Source: Sphaerodactylus townsendi
Lineage: Eukaryota
Length of the DNA: 64,000 nucleotides
Direction of reading: 5' to 3'
Assembly: GCF_021028975.2 (NCBI RefSeq)
Contig: NC_059436.1
Coordinates: 35,960,001 to 36,024,000 of the forward strand
Shown: one piece after another, positions 1-11,487 of the stretch
Numbering within the stretch: position 1 is the first letter of the stretch
Layout: each line of letters opens with the position of its first letter
Position numbers and translations under genes: made by a program
The notes under the pieces: model-generated
Told to the model about the DNA's origin: nothing
Seen by the model: the letters and a program-made list of their open reading frames with translations, nothing else
Database searches by the model: none

Positions 1-135
1 CATTGGGGCCGGTTCCTCCTCTCCCTCGAGCCCCCACTGCACATGAATGGAGCCATCACCGCCATGCCTGGCGGGCCGGATAAATGCCTTCAGGGGGCCA
101 CATTTGGCCCCCGGGCCGTAGTTTGGGGACCCCTG
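1..135. mobile_element. Right end of non-autonomous hAT (Charlie-type) DNA transposon
   Basis: Ends ...GGGCCGTAGTTTGGGGACCCCTG (reverse complement CAGGGGTCCCCAAACTACGGCCC, typical hAT TIR), followed by CACTAG; truncated by window edge. Confidence 0.65.
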
Positions 136-497
136 CACTAGGCTGTGTGCGCTCTGGGCTGGCCCAGGCAAGGGAATCAATCATTCTGAAATCAAAAGTA
201 CAAATGTGCCAGACTACAACAGTTGTGGAAATATGGAGACCTCCTTGCTTATTAGCACCCACCCCACCCCACCCCAATACATCCACTATAGCTATTGCTG
301 AGCAGGCTCGTAACTGAGGCAGCAGAGAAGCTCAGTGGTAGAATACCTGATCTTTGGGCAGAATACCCCAGGCATTTCCAGTGTATAGGCCTCAGCTTGC
401 AAGTGTTAAGAAAGATTATTTTTCCTTGCCTGAGACTATAGAGACCTGCCAGTGACACTACTGAGCTACGTGGACAAAAACAGTCCAGTTTGATATA

Positions 498-789
498 AGA
501 AGAAGAAGAGTTGGATTTATATCCCCCCTTCTCTCCTGAAGGAGACTCAAAGGGGCTTACACATTCCTTTCCCTTCCTCCCTCACAACAAACACCCTGTG
601 AGGTAGGTGGGGCTGAGAGAGCTCAGAAGGACTGTGAGTAGCCCAAGGTCACCCAGCTGGCATGTGTTGGGAGTGCACAGGTTAATCTGAATTCCCCAGA
701 GAAGCCTCCTCAGCTCAGGCGGCAGAGCGGGGAATCAAACCCATTCCTCCAGATTAAAGTACACCTGCTCTTAACCACTACACCACTGC
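498..789 (-). mobile_element. MIR/Ther1-related CORE SINE (Squam3-like)
   Basis: Reverse complement has tRNA-like head (GTGGTGTAGTGGTTAAGAGC, GGTTTGATTCCCC), CORE GGGTGACCTTGGGCTA and (CTT)n tail; close to copies at 30.7, 41.0 and 62.1 kb. Confidence 0.85.
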
Positions 790-907
790 GTAGTTTTGTA
801 TGTTGTGGAGTTCAAACTTGATCAATTTGGCCTAGCATCGATTTGCTACCAGAAGAAACATTCATCAAGCAGACAGCTGATTCTTTTTCAGCTGAACACC
901 TGCTTAC

Positions 908-1070
908 CTTCCCTTTCTGGACAATGCCTCTCAAGCGAGTTAAGGTCTTTGACAAGAATCCGCGGTTGCCCCTTTTCAATCCTCCGTATTGCCTCCCAGC
1001 ATGGCGGGTGTTGGCAAGCAGTCATATTGCAAATGGTTTCATCCCAGTGGCTGATGTCCACAGTCATCAT
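908..1070 (-). CDS. C9orf43: C9orf43 homolog, first coding exon ([39 protein letters not shown]...)
   Basis: Matches the WDET-C-CQHP-CW-IRRIE-G-PRIL N-terminal motif of C9orf43; acceptor TTTTCAG before 1102, donor GTAAGC after 908; head-to-head with POLE3 as in mammals. Confidence 0.85.
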
Positions 1071-1789
1071 TTCTGCAACTGTTTCTTGGGTTAAGGAGGA
1101 GTCTGAAAATGCTGTGTACAAGGAAAAACGTGAACCAGAAATAAACGTGAACCAGAAATAAACAAGCTTCACAAAAGGAATGGATTATTGGCCAATAACT
1201 TACCTTAGAACTGTGTCAGCTGTTTGATGTCTTCTGGTCATAGTTCAGAATGTTGATGTTGGTCTCTAAAGGTCTTAACACTTTGATTCCTTAACAGATC
1301 CCTTAACACATCATCTCCTCTGTTATGCCATCAAGACGTTTTAGATCAATGAAGAATGCCCTCTTAGAGGGCTGTATAATCTGTATGCCCCATTTTAAAC
1401 TAGGAACAGAGTTTTTCTCAGTGACAGCATCTCATGTCTAGAACTTCCTCCCCGTACCAGCTTTATCTGACGCTTGTCCTTTCTAGATTCAAGCACCAGA
1501 TAAAGACCCTTTTTCCTACCCAGATTTTTGGTTGTATGGGTTTTTTTAAAGGGCTGACAGTGCCACCTGTAGCAGAATTGCACCCCTCTACGTACTTAGG
1601 AAGCGCGTGACTCTGCTTAGGACTGAACTGCTGGTTATTTTGCTTCTGATTTGATTAATACAATTGCGTTTTGCTTCATGCTAGTTTTGTGAAAGTGCAG
1701 ATTTTATAGTTGTACTTATAGCAGTGCTGGTCTCCTTGGATTTTTAGTTCCTGTACTTGTATCTTTTTAAAGGGCTGCACTGGCCTCTT

Positions 1790-1893
1790 GGTAGTGGTGG
1801 AAAGTGCCATCAAGTCATGGTCAACTTATGGTAACACCACAGGGTTTTCAAGGCAAGAGATGTTCAGAGGTGGCTTGCCATTGCCTGCCTCCC
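1790..1893 (-). mobile_element. Sauria-type SINE 3' part (BovB/RTE-derived tail)
   Basis: Reverse complement GGCAATGGCAAGCCACCTCTGAACATCTCTTGCCTTGAAAACCC...CCATAAG...GACTTGATGGCAC. Confidence 0.7.
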
Positions 1894-3333
1894 AGGGAAT
1901 TTAAATTTCCATTTCCCTTTTCTAATGCTGGTTTTGCTGTTATTACATTGTTTTTATTACAAGCACCCTCAGTTGCCATCGGCTATGAGGTGAAGTTTAC
2001 AAATCTTTTAAATAAATAAATATGCAAAGAGTAAGGACTGTCTGACGAGCAGTCCCAGACACTGTCACCAGCATTACCTCTCACATTGAGGTTATTAGCC
2101 GGCGGTCACTCGGACAACCAAAGCAACGATGGCAAAATACCATCAATGCGGATCTGAAAGTTACATGCCTGCAACCAGACAACACGCTCAATCGAGGGAA
2201 GTGGAATTTAAAAATCTGAGCAGCAGACCCTGCATTAGTGAGACAACACTAGGAAGAAGAAGTAAGGACCTGTCAAGAGACATTTGCAGTAGCTGTCTTA
2301 CAACCAAGCAGCTCCACTTCTTTAGAGATCCAAATCTGGGCCTGAATATTTGTATCTTTAGGCTACAATTTCACAGCCATGCATAAACAGCTGTAGATTA
2401 ACTTAAAATTTAGTGGATATTAATTTTGTCTATTGGTTTATTATTTTGTTTAAAAAGCATATAAATGGCATTGTACATAGAACAAAAGTAGCAACTTCTC
2501 TTACTTGGGAAAGCACATGAATTGAAGCATTAAATACAATAAGTACCACAATTATAAACAGTGTAAGAAGAATTGCAAAATATTTTTAAAAAGTAACAAA
2601 CTCTCTCTCCCGTTCTCTCTATACAGAGTGAAAGAAGTACTAAAGTTAACATATATCAATATATAAAAACAAGGGTACATTTCAATGTAAAGAGATCATT
2701 GGACTCTCTAAGAAGAAAGTGACTAAGGTGGGAACTGTAGAAAGATAATAACAACTAAAGTTTATAGATACACTAAATTCTGTTATTTTTAACAGATCTG
2801 CGCTCTCAAGAAGGAATAAGATAAAAATGCAAAAAGAGCCTCAAACGCATTAAAAACTGCTCACTATACCTGGTAAATCTTGAACAGGGACTCAGTGGAA
2901 GCAAAACATTATTCTCAGGCCTAGTTTTCACAAACTGCTAAGGCGGCAGTTTGCGTTGCACCACTTTAGACTGCAAGAAGAAGAAGCACATAATGTAATG
3001 TTCTGCCATAAAAACAAATAATAATTCCTGCACATAAAAAGCAATCATGTCAGGGAGAATTCTAAGATAGAGCCTGACATATAGGGTGTTTGCTTTCTTT
3101 GTGGAGGAGCATTCTAATCATAGGAGCCCACACACAGTATTACTGTCTCATCTTTGTCATTGAGTCCTAGTAAATAGATCAATCTTTGTGGACAGTGATA
3201 GGTAAGAAGAACCACTGACTATCTGTGGCACATTTATTTTGCTTCATACTGCGGTTCCAGCACAGTGAACAAAACAGGCCATATAACAGTAAAAATACAT
3301 GAGATTTTCAGCACATATAAATGTTCCCATCTT

Positions 3334-3401
3334 AAGATCTTAAAATAAAACCACATACCAATACATAAAGATCTTAAAATAAAACCACATACCAATACAT
3401 A
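3334..3401. repeat. Exact 34-bp tandem duplication
   Basis: AAGATCTTAAAATAAAACCACATACCAATACATA x2. Confidence 0.9.
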
Positions 3402-3413
3402 AAATCAAACAGC

Positions 3414-3653
3414 GAAGTAATGGATTCAAGATGAAGGAAAAGAGATTCAACCTAACATTAGGAAGAACTTTCTGACTGTCAGGGCTATTTGACAGTGGAA
3501 TTCACTGCCTCAGACAGTGGAGTCACCTTCATTGGAGGGTTTTTAAACAGAGGCTGGATGAGCATATATCAGGAGTGCTTTGATTGTGTGTTCCTGCATT
3601 GTAGGGGGTTGGACTTGATAGCCCTTGTGGTCTCTTCCAACTCTATGATTCTA
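3414..3653 (+). mobile_element. CR1 LINE 3' end fragment
   Basis: ORF2 C-terminal remnant (SNGFKMKEKRF...RKNFLTVRA) plus CR1 3'UTR ending CCAACTCTATGATTCTA. Confidence 0.8.
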
Positions 3654-3823
3654 GGGGTTAAATCATCAGGACAAACAAAAAACAATAATGCAGACTCATC
3701 TTATTAGTTGAAAGCCAAACAAAATGAATCAACTTTCAGCAGAGTTACAGCAGGGACAGCGTGAGTCTAATCTCTTGAAGCAGGGTGTTCTAGGAGCAGT
3801 GACTTTATTATTTATTTATTTCA

Positions 3824-4750
3824 ATTTATATGCTGCCTTGAGGGAAGATTTAATAAAACAATTAAAACAGCTATAATAATTAAAATCTAATCCAGGCTAG
3901 ATAAAATACATTTAAATTAAAATCAACTTAAAAATCAGAGGTAACAGTTAAGACCGGCAACAGGTGTTATTGAGAAACAGATAGGGGATTAAGGGTTTAG
4001 GGCTGACAGCAAAAGTAACTGTAATTGAAAATAATTACAATTTTGGGCCTCAACCAAAAGCTTGGCGGAACAACTCTGCCTTACAGGAACTGCAGAATTG
4101 CACCAAATCTCACAGAGCCCTGATGTTAGGTGGCAGAGCATTCCACCAGGTAGGGACCAGGGCCAAAAAAGCCCTGGCCCTGGTTGAGGCCAATCTGACA
4201 GTAAAGGGGTCAGGGACCACCAGAAGGTTTGCATCTGCTGACCTCAGGTTTATCTGCGGGAAATATGGGGTAATGCAGTTTTGGAGGTATGCAGGTCCCA
4301 AGCTGTTCATCGCCTTAAAGGTCAAAACCAATATCTTAAACATGATCCGGAACTCTACCGGTAGCCAATCCAGTTTGTGGAGGATGGGGGTGATGTGCTC
4401 CCTCATCGATGCCCCATTAGGAAACCTTGTGGCCACATTTTGCACCAGATTCAGTTTCCAGATCAGAGTCAAGGGCAGGCCAGCGTAGAACGAATTACAG
4501 TAATCTAGCCTGGAGGTGACCGTTGCATGGATCACAACAGCTAGATCGGATTGGGAGAGATATGGAGCCAGCCACCGAGATTGGTGAAGATGGAAAACGC
4601 TGTGCGTGCAGTATGGGTTATCTGGGCCTCCACAGAAAGGGAGGCATCCAGAAACACCCCAAGACTGTGGGCAACAGGGATAGGTTATAGAGCCATTCTC
4701 TCTAGCAATGACAGCTGGAAATCCTCAGGTCCAAAGGTCCTACTTTCTGG
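3824..4750 (-). mobile_element. L2-clade LINE, ORF2 C-terminal fragment
   Basis: ORF 4110-4535 translates TSRLDYCNSFYAGLP...HITPILHKLDWLPVEFRIMFKILVLTFKA, a diagnostic L2 post-RT region; (TAAA)n-like tail near 3825. Confidence 0.85.
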
Positions 4751-5426
4751 CAGTTCAATCAAGTCTCCATACAATTTGGCATTGAAGATGGCACACCTAC
4801 CAATCTCTGGAAAAGTGTAAATGAGAGAAAGTGGTCACTGAAACACAGTAGCTGTTTGGGTGTTTGTAGGGCCATAGCCATCCCTTTGAATGTTTGTAAG
4901 ACCACAGCCACCAATACAGTTGTTCCAACACAAGTGTAACACAAGGATATCCTCTTGCTACCCCAAAACTAATTAGACTGCAGCATTCTGCATCAAAAGC
5001 TGTTTCTAAACCCTCCCCATGGCCACTTCCATATATCATGTATTTCACTTCCAACCTCACACTGGTTCTCTCAGGCCAGGACAAATGAGAACCCCAACAT
5101 CAGTTCATGAGCTTAACGGGTGAACAGGAATTCAAACCTGGGTTTCCAAGTACTGTATTCACTACACACCATTCCCAGCCAAATAGTGTGAACCAGCTAC
5201 AAGATTTTTAGCCAGCCCAACCTCAGACTGGCGTACGCGGGTCTTCCATCCTCCATTCTACTCTCACAATCCCATGAAGTAGGCTAGGAGTGAGAGAATC
5301 AACCATGACAGGTCCAAAGTAATCCTGTAAGCTTCACCGTAGAATACGCACTCATAACACAATCTGTTGTGAAGCTGCTGGTGGGTGGGTGGAAGGAAGG
5401 ACTTTGAGACCCTGTCTCTTTTTAAC

Positions 5427-5607
5427 AGGGTTGCCAAGTCCATGTTGAGAAATTGCAAGATTTGGAGATGAAGCCTGGGGAGGGAAGGAATAGGGGAGGG
5501 AGGGAGCTTAGCAGGGATAATACCAGTACAGCCTCCAAAGCAGCCATTTTCTCCAGAGGAACTGATATCAGGAAATCTCCATGCCCCACCTGGAGACTGG
5601 CAACTTT
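5427..5607. mobile_element. MITE-like repeat with AGGGTTGCCA...TGGCAAC ends (similar copies ~32965-33150 and ~45330-45817)
   Basis: Shared internal sequence and inverted termini among three copies in the window. Confidence 0.55.
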
Positions 5608-5699
5608 ACATTTTGAACCAGGGCCAAACTAATTTGCTTAATGAGAATTAAGAAAATGTTCCAGCGCTAAAACACAGGAAAAAGTATGGTATACTCAGG

Positions 5700-6250
5700 A
5701 AATTTTTCGACGCTTAGGGGAAAAAATCTGCGGTCCTCACGCAGAACTCTCGCACGTGGGTCCTTCTGCCCTCTTTCCCGCCTTTCTTTCCTTCTTCCCA
5801 CCAGCCCCAGCGGTCGCTAAAGACTGGCGCGCCTTGGCCTAGACCAGCTTTCCCTTCCGTTGCCGGGCAACGCTGAACGCTCTCGGCCAGCTTCCGCCAA
5901 ACCTTTCCCTTCAAATAGAAAAACAGAAAGGCTACAGTGACGCAAAAGCCTCCGTTTCTGGCAAATAGAAAAATGCCGCTCTAGCCCTCTATTTCTCTAT
6001 GGTAAAACGCTTGGCGTTTGCAAGAGATAACGAGTTTCTGTTTTACACCGGAAGTACTCATCTGCAAGAGATGCGCGTAGTGCCCGTTCAGGTCTTCTCG
6101 CTCTTAGGTACTGCTTGAGAAAGCCGTCTGCCTGTGAAGCCTGACGCGGAGCTCGCTGGGACGCGGGAAGGGGGCGGGGCTTAGTGAAGTGTGGCTGGGA
6201 GCAGCAAGTCGCCTTCCGTCGCGCGCCTTTCGAGCGGTGGCGGACGGTGA
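5700..6250. promoter_or_regulatory. Bidirectional CpG-island promoter of C9orf43/POLE3
   Basis: CpG-rich; palindromic X-box GTTGCCGGGCAAC 5859-5871; ETS CCGGAAGT ~6048-6055; GC box GGGGCGGGGC ~6171-6180; POLE3 non-coding exon 1 donor GTGAGC at 6247. Confidence 0.75.
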
Positions 6251-7209
6251 GCCGGGGGGTTTGGAGGTGTCTCCGGGTGTGGGATCCCGCTACTCCCTCT
6301 CCAACAGCTACCGGGGGATCTAATTGTTTTGCACTGTGTGCATGTTCAGAGGATGATTTTTACTCAGTAAGACAGCTTTTCAGACTACTTTGGATGGCAT
6401 AGACTGAGTGTGTTGGAAGAGAATGGGTTCGTATCTCCCCTTCCTACAGCATTGGCCCTCCTATGAGTGGGCCGGCGTTTCTGGACAACTTCCCCTCTCA
6501 TTCTGGAGCCCACTTTTATCCCAAGAACTCAGGGGATTTCTTTTCTTGCATTTTGCCCTCCCAACAGTCCTTTGAAGTAGGCTAGGATGAGTGGCCCTGT
6601 TGCTTTGAGCTTCTTATGAATGTGCCTAATACATGAAAAGTTAACTTGCCTTATACAATCAAACTTAGTCCATTTGGGACATTATTGTCTACATGGGTTC
6701 CTAGGCAGGGCTTTTCTAGTGCCGGAGATCCTCTGACTAGAGGTGGAAGGGTTTGAACCATGATCTAACCCTCTCTTAAGGAATCTAGGGATTCCTCCCT
6801 CAAAGTCTCTTGGTAAGGTTAAAAATCACACACCTCAAATGCTGTGAGAGATTTCGCAGCACAGAAGACAGTGGCTGATTTGGAGTTCATATACTGATGT
6901 AGGGGTTGTCTATTACATTTTATCATGTCCTTCCTCCATTGAGTCCAGGATTATGCATATGGCTGTCCCTTATTCCATTTTATATTCACAGAAAGCTACT
7001 GAATTTGGTTAGGATGAGAAAGTAGCTATCTTCAGGTTATGAGCTGAGCTTTCTGATTAAGTGTGGGCTTGAACCCAGGTGTCATAATCTGAGACTCTGA
7101 GCACTGCATCACGCTTGCTTCTCTAAATGGCTGCCCTAGAAGCATAGTCCTTTATATTTTCATCTGTTCCCAATACCTTCTTACTGTTATTTGTCTCCAG
7201 TTGTCCACA

Positions 7210-7275
7210 ATGGCTGAACGACCTGAAGACCTGAACTTGCCCAATGCTGTCATAACTCGCATCATCAAGGAAGCG
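7210..7275 (+). CDS. POLE3: DNA polymerase epsilon subunit 3 (CHRAC17), coding exon 1 ([22 protein letters not shown])
   Basis: Matches the known POLE3 N-terminus; acceptor TCTCCAG at 7200, donor GTGAGT at 7276. Confidence 0.97.
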
Positions 7276-7557
7276 GTGAGTAAGGGGTGTTCGAAAACTG
7301 AAAACCTGACTGGATCAGACCAATGGCTCATTTAGTTCAGAATCCTGTTCCCCACAGTAACCAAGCGAGTGTATTTGGTAGGGAGTAATTTTAGAAGTGC
7401 AGCATGAAGTAACAGTTCACTTGTGAGCTGGTCTGGCAGCTGAAACAAGGGATTCTTCCACACAGGACTTCCAAACAATTAAATTATGCCTTGGTATCTC
7501 TTGGCTCCAAGCTGTAATTTGCAGACAAACATCTCTTTGATCTCCTCCCACTCCCAG

Positions 7558-7643
7558 CTTCCCGATGGAGTGAACATTTCCAAAGAAGCCCGGAGTGCCA
7601 TCTCCCGAGCTGCCAGTGTGTTTGTGCTGTATGCCACATCATG
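7558..7643 (+). CDS. POLE3: POLE3 coding exon 2 ([29 protein letters not shown])
   Basis: Histone-fold sequence; CCCAG/GTGAGT boundaries; phase consistent. Confidence 0.97.
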
Positions 7644-7754
7644 GTGAGTGTTCCTTCTCTCAAGGTGCAGAAGTGTGGATGTATGACTAGTTTACCTAAA
7701 GTGCAACTACATTACTATTTAAGCTGTCTTTTGAGAATTTTATTTGCCAGTGTG

Positions 7755-7900
7755 CTCTGTGGTAGAGCTTCTGCTTTTCATGCGGAAAGTCTTTCATTCA
7801 ATCTCTGGCATTTCTGGTTTAAAGGATCAGTTAGTAAGTTATGAAAAGGACCTGAGATCCTGATGAGCTGCTATGAGTCAGAATACTAACCGTGGTAGAT
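7755..7900 (+). mobile_element. tRNA-derived SINE (Squam2-like); other copies ~320-490, ~6640-6760(-), ~38660-38830, ~42170-42365, ~49780-49910(-), ~60160-60270
   Basis: GGTAGAGC...GCATGC..AAGG..CCAGGTTCAATCCCTGGCA-type head shared among copies. Confidence 0.55.
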
Positions 7901-8741
7901 CCATTGTGCGCAAGGATTATGTGTAATACGACTGATGCTATAATTATATAAACTTGGTCTTGTCACTTCAATCTGCAGAATATTAGCAAAGCTCAGACTT
8001 CTCTAATAAAAGCATACACCTTTTACCTTTAACAATATTTAACAATTTAGATTGTGTTTACAAGAACTGTTAAGCACTATTCTTATGTCGAGATTTCTAC
8101 AAAAAATATATTGTGCCTGTCTGAAAAACGGGTTACCCTAAGCCGGGTGCCTTTCCAGTAACGTACCAAAATCAGAGTTCTTTATCCAGATACTCTCAAA
8201 CAGCTGAGATTTTAAAATTGTATTAAAAAGAAAGAAAAAAGAAATAATAGTCGGCTCTCTCTCAGCTCTAGACAATTCCAAGTATAAAAAGCAATACCAT
8301 ACAATACAAGGCTATTCAGCCCAAGGCAGATGAATGAATGTGAATGAATGAATTAATGTCTTTAGAATAGTGTCAGGGGTCTTATAGAATTTGCTCGTCT
8401 AGATCATTTGATCAGTAATTACCAATGATCAGTAAAAACCAATGGAGGTTGAATAAAATCAGTGAGGGAGATGACTTCCCCTCCCACCTGCGCATTCTGG
8501 GCAATGAAGACCTATCTATCTGGTTTAGGATGAAGCCTCTTAAAAGCCAATTCCGTTATGTAACCACAAACACAGTTTACAGCTTTAATAAGGGCCAAAG
8601 GGTCTGTGTAAAGGACCTAGCACTACCCAATTTACAAGATAAGTGCTCTCTAAGTAAATTTAAAGGAATATCTACTTCCTTCACACTGTCAATGATGAGT
8701 TTTGTGCTTTTCTCTTATCTTATTACATATTCCTTATTTAG

Positions 8742-8860
8742 TGCCAATAACTTTGCAATGAAGGGGAAGAGGAAAACTCTGAATGCCACAGATGTCCTTT
8801 CAGCCATGGAGGAAATGGAGTTCCAGCGATTTGTTGCCCCTCTGAAGGAATCTTTGGAAG
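8742..8860 (+). CDS. POLE3: POLE3 coding exon 3 ([39 protein letters not shown])
   Basis: Translated match; TTTAG/GTAGC boundaries. Confidence 0.96.
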
Positions 8861-8957
8861 GTAGCATGGAACTTATCCCATTGTCTTTCTACTCTATTTC
8901 CTGCAAATGGATTCTCCTTAACATGGGTTAGAGCCAACTTTGGTACGTTCACTGTTC

Positions 8958-9179
8958 CAGCGAGGGTGGAGTAGTGGTTAAAAGGGTTGACTCTGGAAAA
9001 CTAAGTTTGATTCTTCTCCATGTGATTTGCTGAGTGACCTTGGGCTAGTGACAATTTTCTCAGAACTCGCTCAGCCCCATCTGCCTCTCAAGGTGCTGAT
9101 TGTGGGAGTGGAGGAAGGAAAGGTGATTATAAGCTGCTTTGAGACTCCTTACAGTAGAGAAAAGCAGGGTATAAAACCC
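8958..9179 (+). mobile_element. Squam3-like SINE in last POLE3 intron, flanked by CACTGTTC direct repeat
   Basis: GTAGTGGTTAA head, GTGACCTTGGGCTAG core; CACTGTTC at 8950-8957 and 9180-9187. Confidence 0.75.
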
Positions 9180-9196
9180 CACTGTTCTTCTTGTAG

Positions 9197-9369
9197 CTTA
9201 CAGGCGTGATCAGAAAGGCAAGAAAGGAACTGTGGAGCTTAAAAAGAAAGACAAAGATAAGAAGGAAGATTCTGAGAATCCAGATAAGAACCGGGAGGAT
9301 GAGAACGAAGATGAGGACGAACGGATGGAAGAGGAGGAACAAAATGAAGAGGAGGAAGTGGATAACTGA
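9197..9369 (+). CDS. POLE3: POLE3 last coding exon, basic then acidic tail ([10 protein letters not shown]...EEEEVDN*)
   Basis: Acceptor TTGTAG at 9196; phase matches exon 3; TGA 9367-9369; candidate poly(A) signal ATTAAA 10038-10043. Confidence 0.95.
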
Positions 9370-11035
9370 GCAGCTCCGTAATACACTGCCAAGGCCAGGC
9401 ATCCTTTGTGTGTGGAAGGCAGTGACGCTGCCTCACTGCAGTATACTGCAGTGCTGTCCTGCAGTATACTGTCCTGCTGGTCTGTAAGGCCTTTTGTCAT
9501 ATTTGGGGAGCTCCAACAAAAGTCTCAGACTACATCAGCTTGGGGCAAAACCTATTTTGGAACAAAGTGCTAGTGATGTTAAAAAAAAAGGCTGCTCCTT
9601 CCATTGTATGGATGGCTTGTTAATGTAAAAGACTAGGATTTGGGGATGAAGCACAAAGATATTCCCTTCAAAACAGGAGAAACAAACATTAGTCGGCTTT
9701 GTTAATGATGTCTGAAGTCAGTGCTGGTGCATCTCTGAGGCCAGTTGGGTTCAGAGGTGGGGTATTAAATGCACAGGCTGCATTTTACTCAGACTCTTGG
9801 CCTGTTTCACTCCACTTCACATGTGCTTCAGCTGTGCCTTTTTTTTTTTGTCTGAGGATGCTGTTTGGGTCTTCTCTTGCCCTTCACGTCCAGTGTGTTC
9901 CTATTGTGGCTATCTTTGCCCACATCTCTCAATCTCCTGATGCCTCTTCTTGATTCAGATTCAATGCTACTGATTTCTACCATAAACTATCCAAAGTGTG
10001 GTTTGATAAACTGAAGCTTTTCTTCTAAAACAATGTCATTAAAAGGACCACCAAACTAAGGCAATATTTCTCTTAAGTCTCAAGTTTATGAGTCAGGTTG
10101 TCTACAGCAGAATAGGCTTTCTTCAGTAAAGCAGCTAATAGAAAGTAGGTGTTGTGCCTTTTAGGTAAAGGAGTTAATATGTTCTCATTGCAGTGACCAT
10201 AGCAAAAGATTGATGAGTCTGACCTAATTTCTCCATGTCCACTGGGATCAGAGTATTTCTCAGCTGCTATAGTGCTGGCATACACAGCATATATACTCTT
10301 CCCTTGGTTATGGATTGTTGGTAAAGCCTACACACTGCCATCACTTAAAGGATGTATGCTAATTTTCTTTGCCACCTTCACTGTGATAAATTAGGAGTGT
10401 TCTTACAAAATGTAGGTGCACGAGGCATTGGCAAAGCACTTTCCACACAAGGTGTTAGTATGTTGAAACCAAATCTTGCTTAACAAGCTGTGTTATGAAG
10501 TTCAAAGGCCAAAATAGGTCTACGAACAAAAAAATGAACATCTGTAATGTAGACCGAGCCTTGGATCCACCCAAATGTTTCTGCAGGTGGAAGGTTTTCA
10601 TGCCAGCAAGTGTGACTTTCTCTGCCACTGCAAGCCAAAATGCTGCCCCAATGCCGCTCGGGGGTGGGGGGGGGTGGGGTCCATGTCCTGGTCTATCACA
10701 GTATAGTTGGGAAAGAGCGCAACCATGCAGGGGGGACACGAGCCTCTGCTTTTCTGAGGGCTTGAGGAAGTGGGCTTCAGCTTACCCTGTAACAAAGAAG
10801 AGTGGTGAATCTGCGAAAGGTGTTGTGGAAACATTTTAGCCCATAAAGATACCGATTGATTATTTCTAAACCTTACTGAAATAATTGAGTAGTTCAGTAC
10901 TCCAGCTGGAGAAATGCATGTTTTACAACACTGGAGAGAATAATTAGAAGTGGAACAAAAGATGTGGGTGGGGTTGTAATGATAGATTTGGGATATTTTA
11001 GACAGTGGATGGGATGAACCTTTTCACAGATTGCT

Positions 11036-11487
11036 TGTAGTCTTGCCCACGAGGCCCCAAGGAAGAGACGAGACGCGGAGATTTCATCTGGTGGAGAGCG
11101 CCAGCAGCAGGAAGCGTGGGATCCCGTGATCCTGGCAACTCTGCCGTGTGCTCACCCCTCACACCTTTTATTAGGGTTTCACTGGGGGCGTGTAAAGGGG
11201 TCGGGCAGGCGGGAGAACGGGAGATCATCATGTGATGTATGATCTCATCGGGTGGCTACGTGCGGGAGGAAGCATCCGCGTCCGGGCCTAATCCTCACCT
11301 GAGGGCAAGAGCCCCTTTTGTCCCATTGTGTGGGACAGCTGGTGACCGCGAGTCAGGTAGTTCATGACCCGTGACTCATGGGGGAGCGGGGGTTGGGGGA
11401 GCGTGTGCACCCAGAAGGCCGTAGCCGGCACCGGCATGCCAGGCGCTCCTTCTACGGTTCTGCTGGGTTCGCGGGCTCACCCCTACA
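11036..11487 (-). mobile_element. Solo LTR (452 bp)
   Basis: TGTAG...CTACA inverted ends; 5-bp flanks TTGCT/TTGTT (1 mismatch); CpG-rich relative to flanks; AATAAAAGG on minus strand ~11165-11173. Confidence 0.7.

Noticed and set aside
8425-8741. Upstream part of the 168-aa ORF containing POLE3 exon 3
   Set aside because: Intronic read-through; only 8742-8860 matches POLE3 and is bounded by AG/GT.
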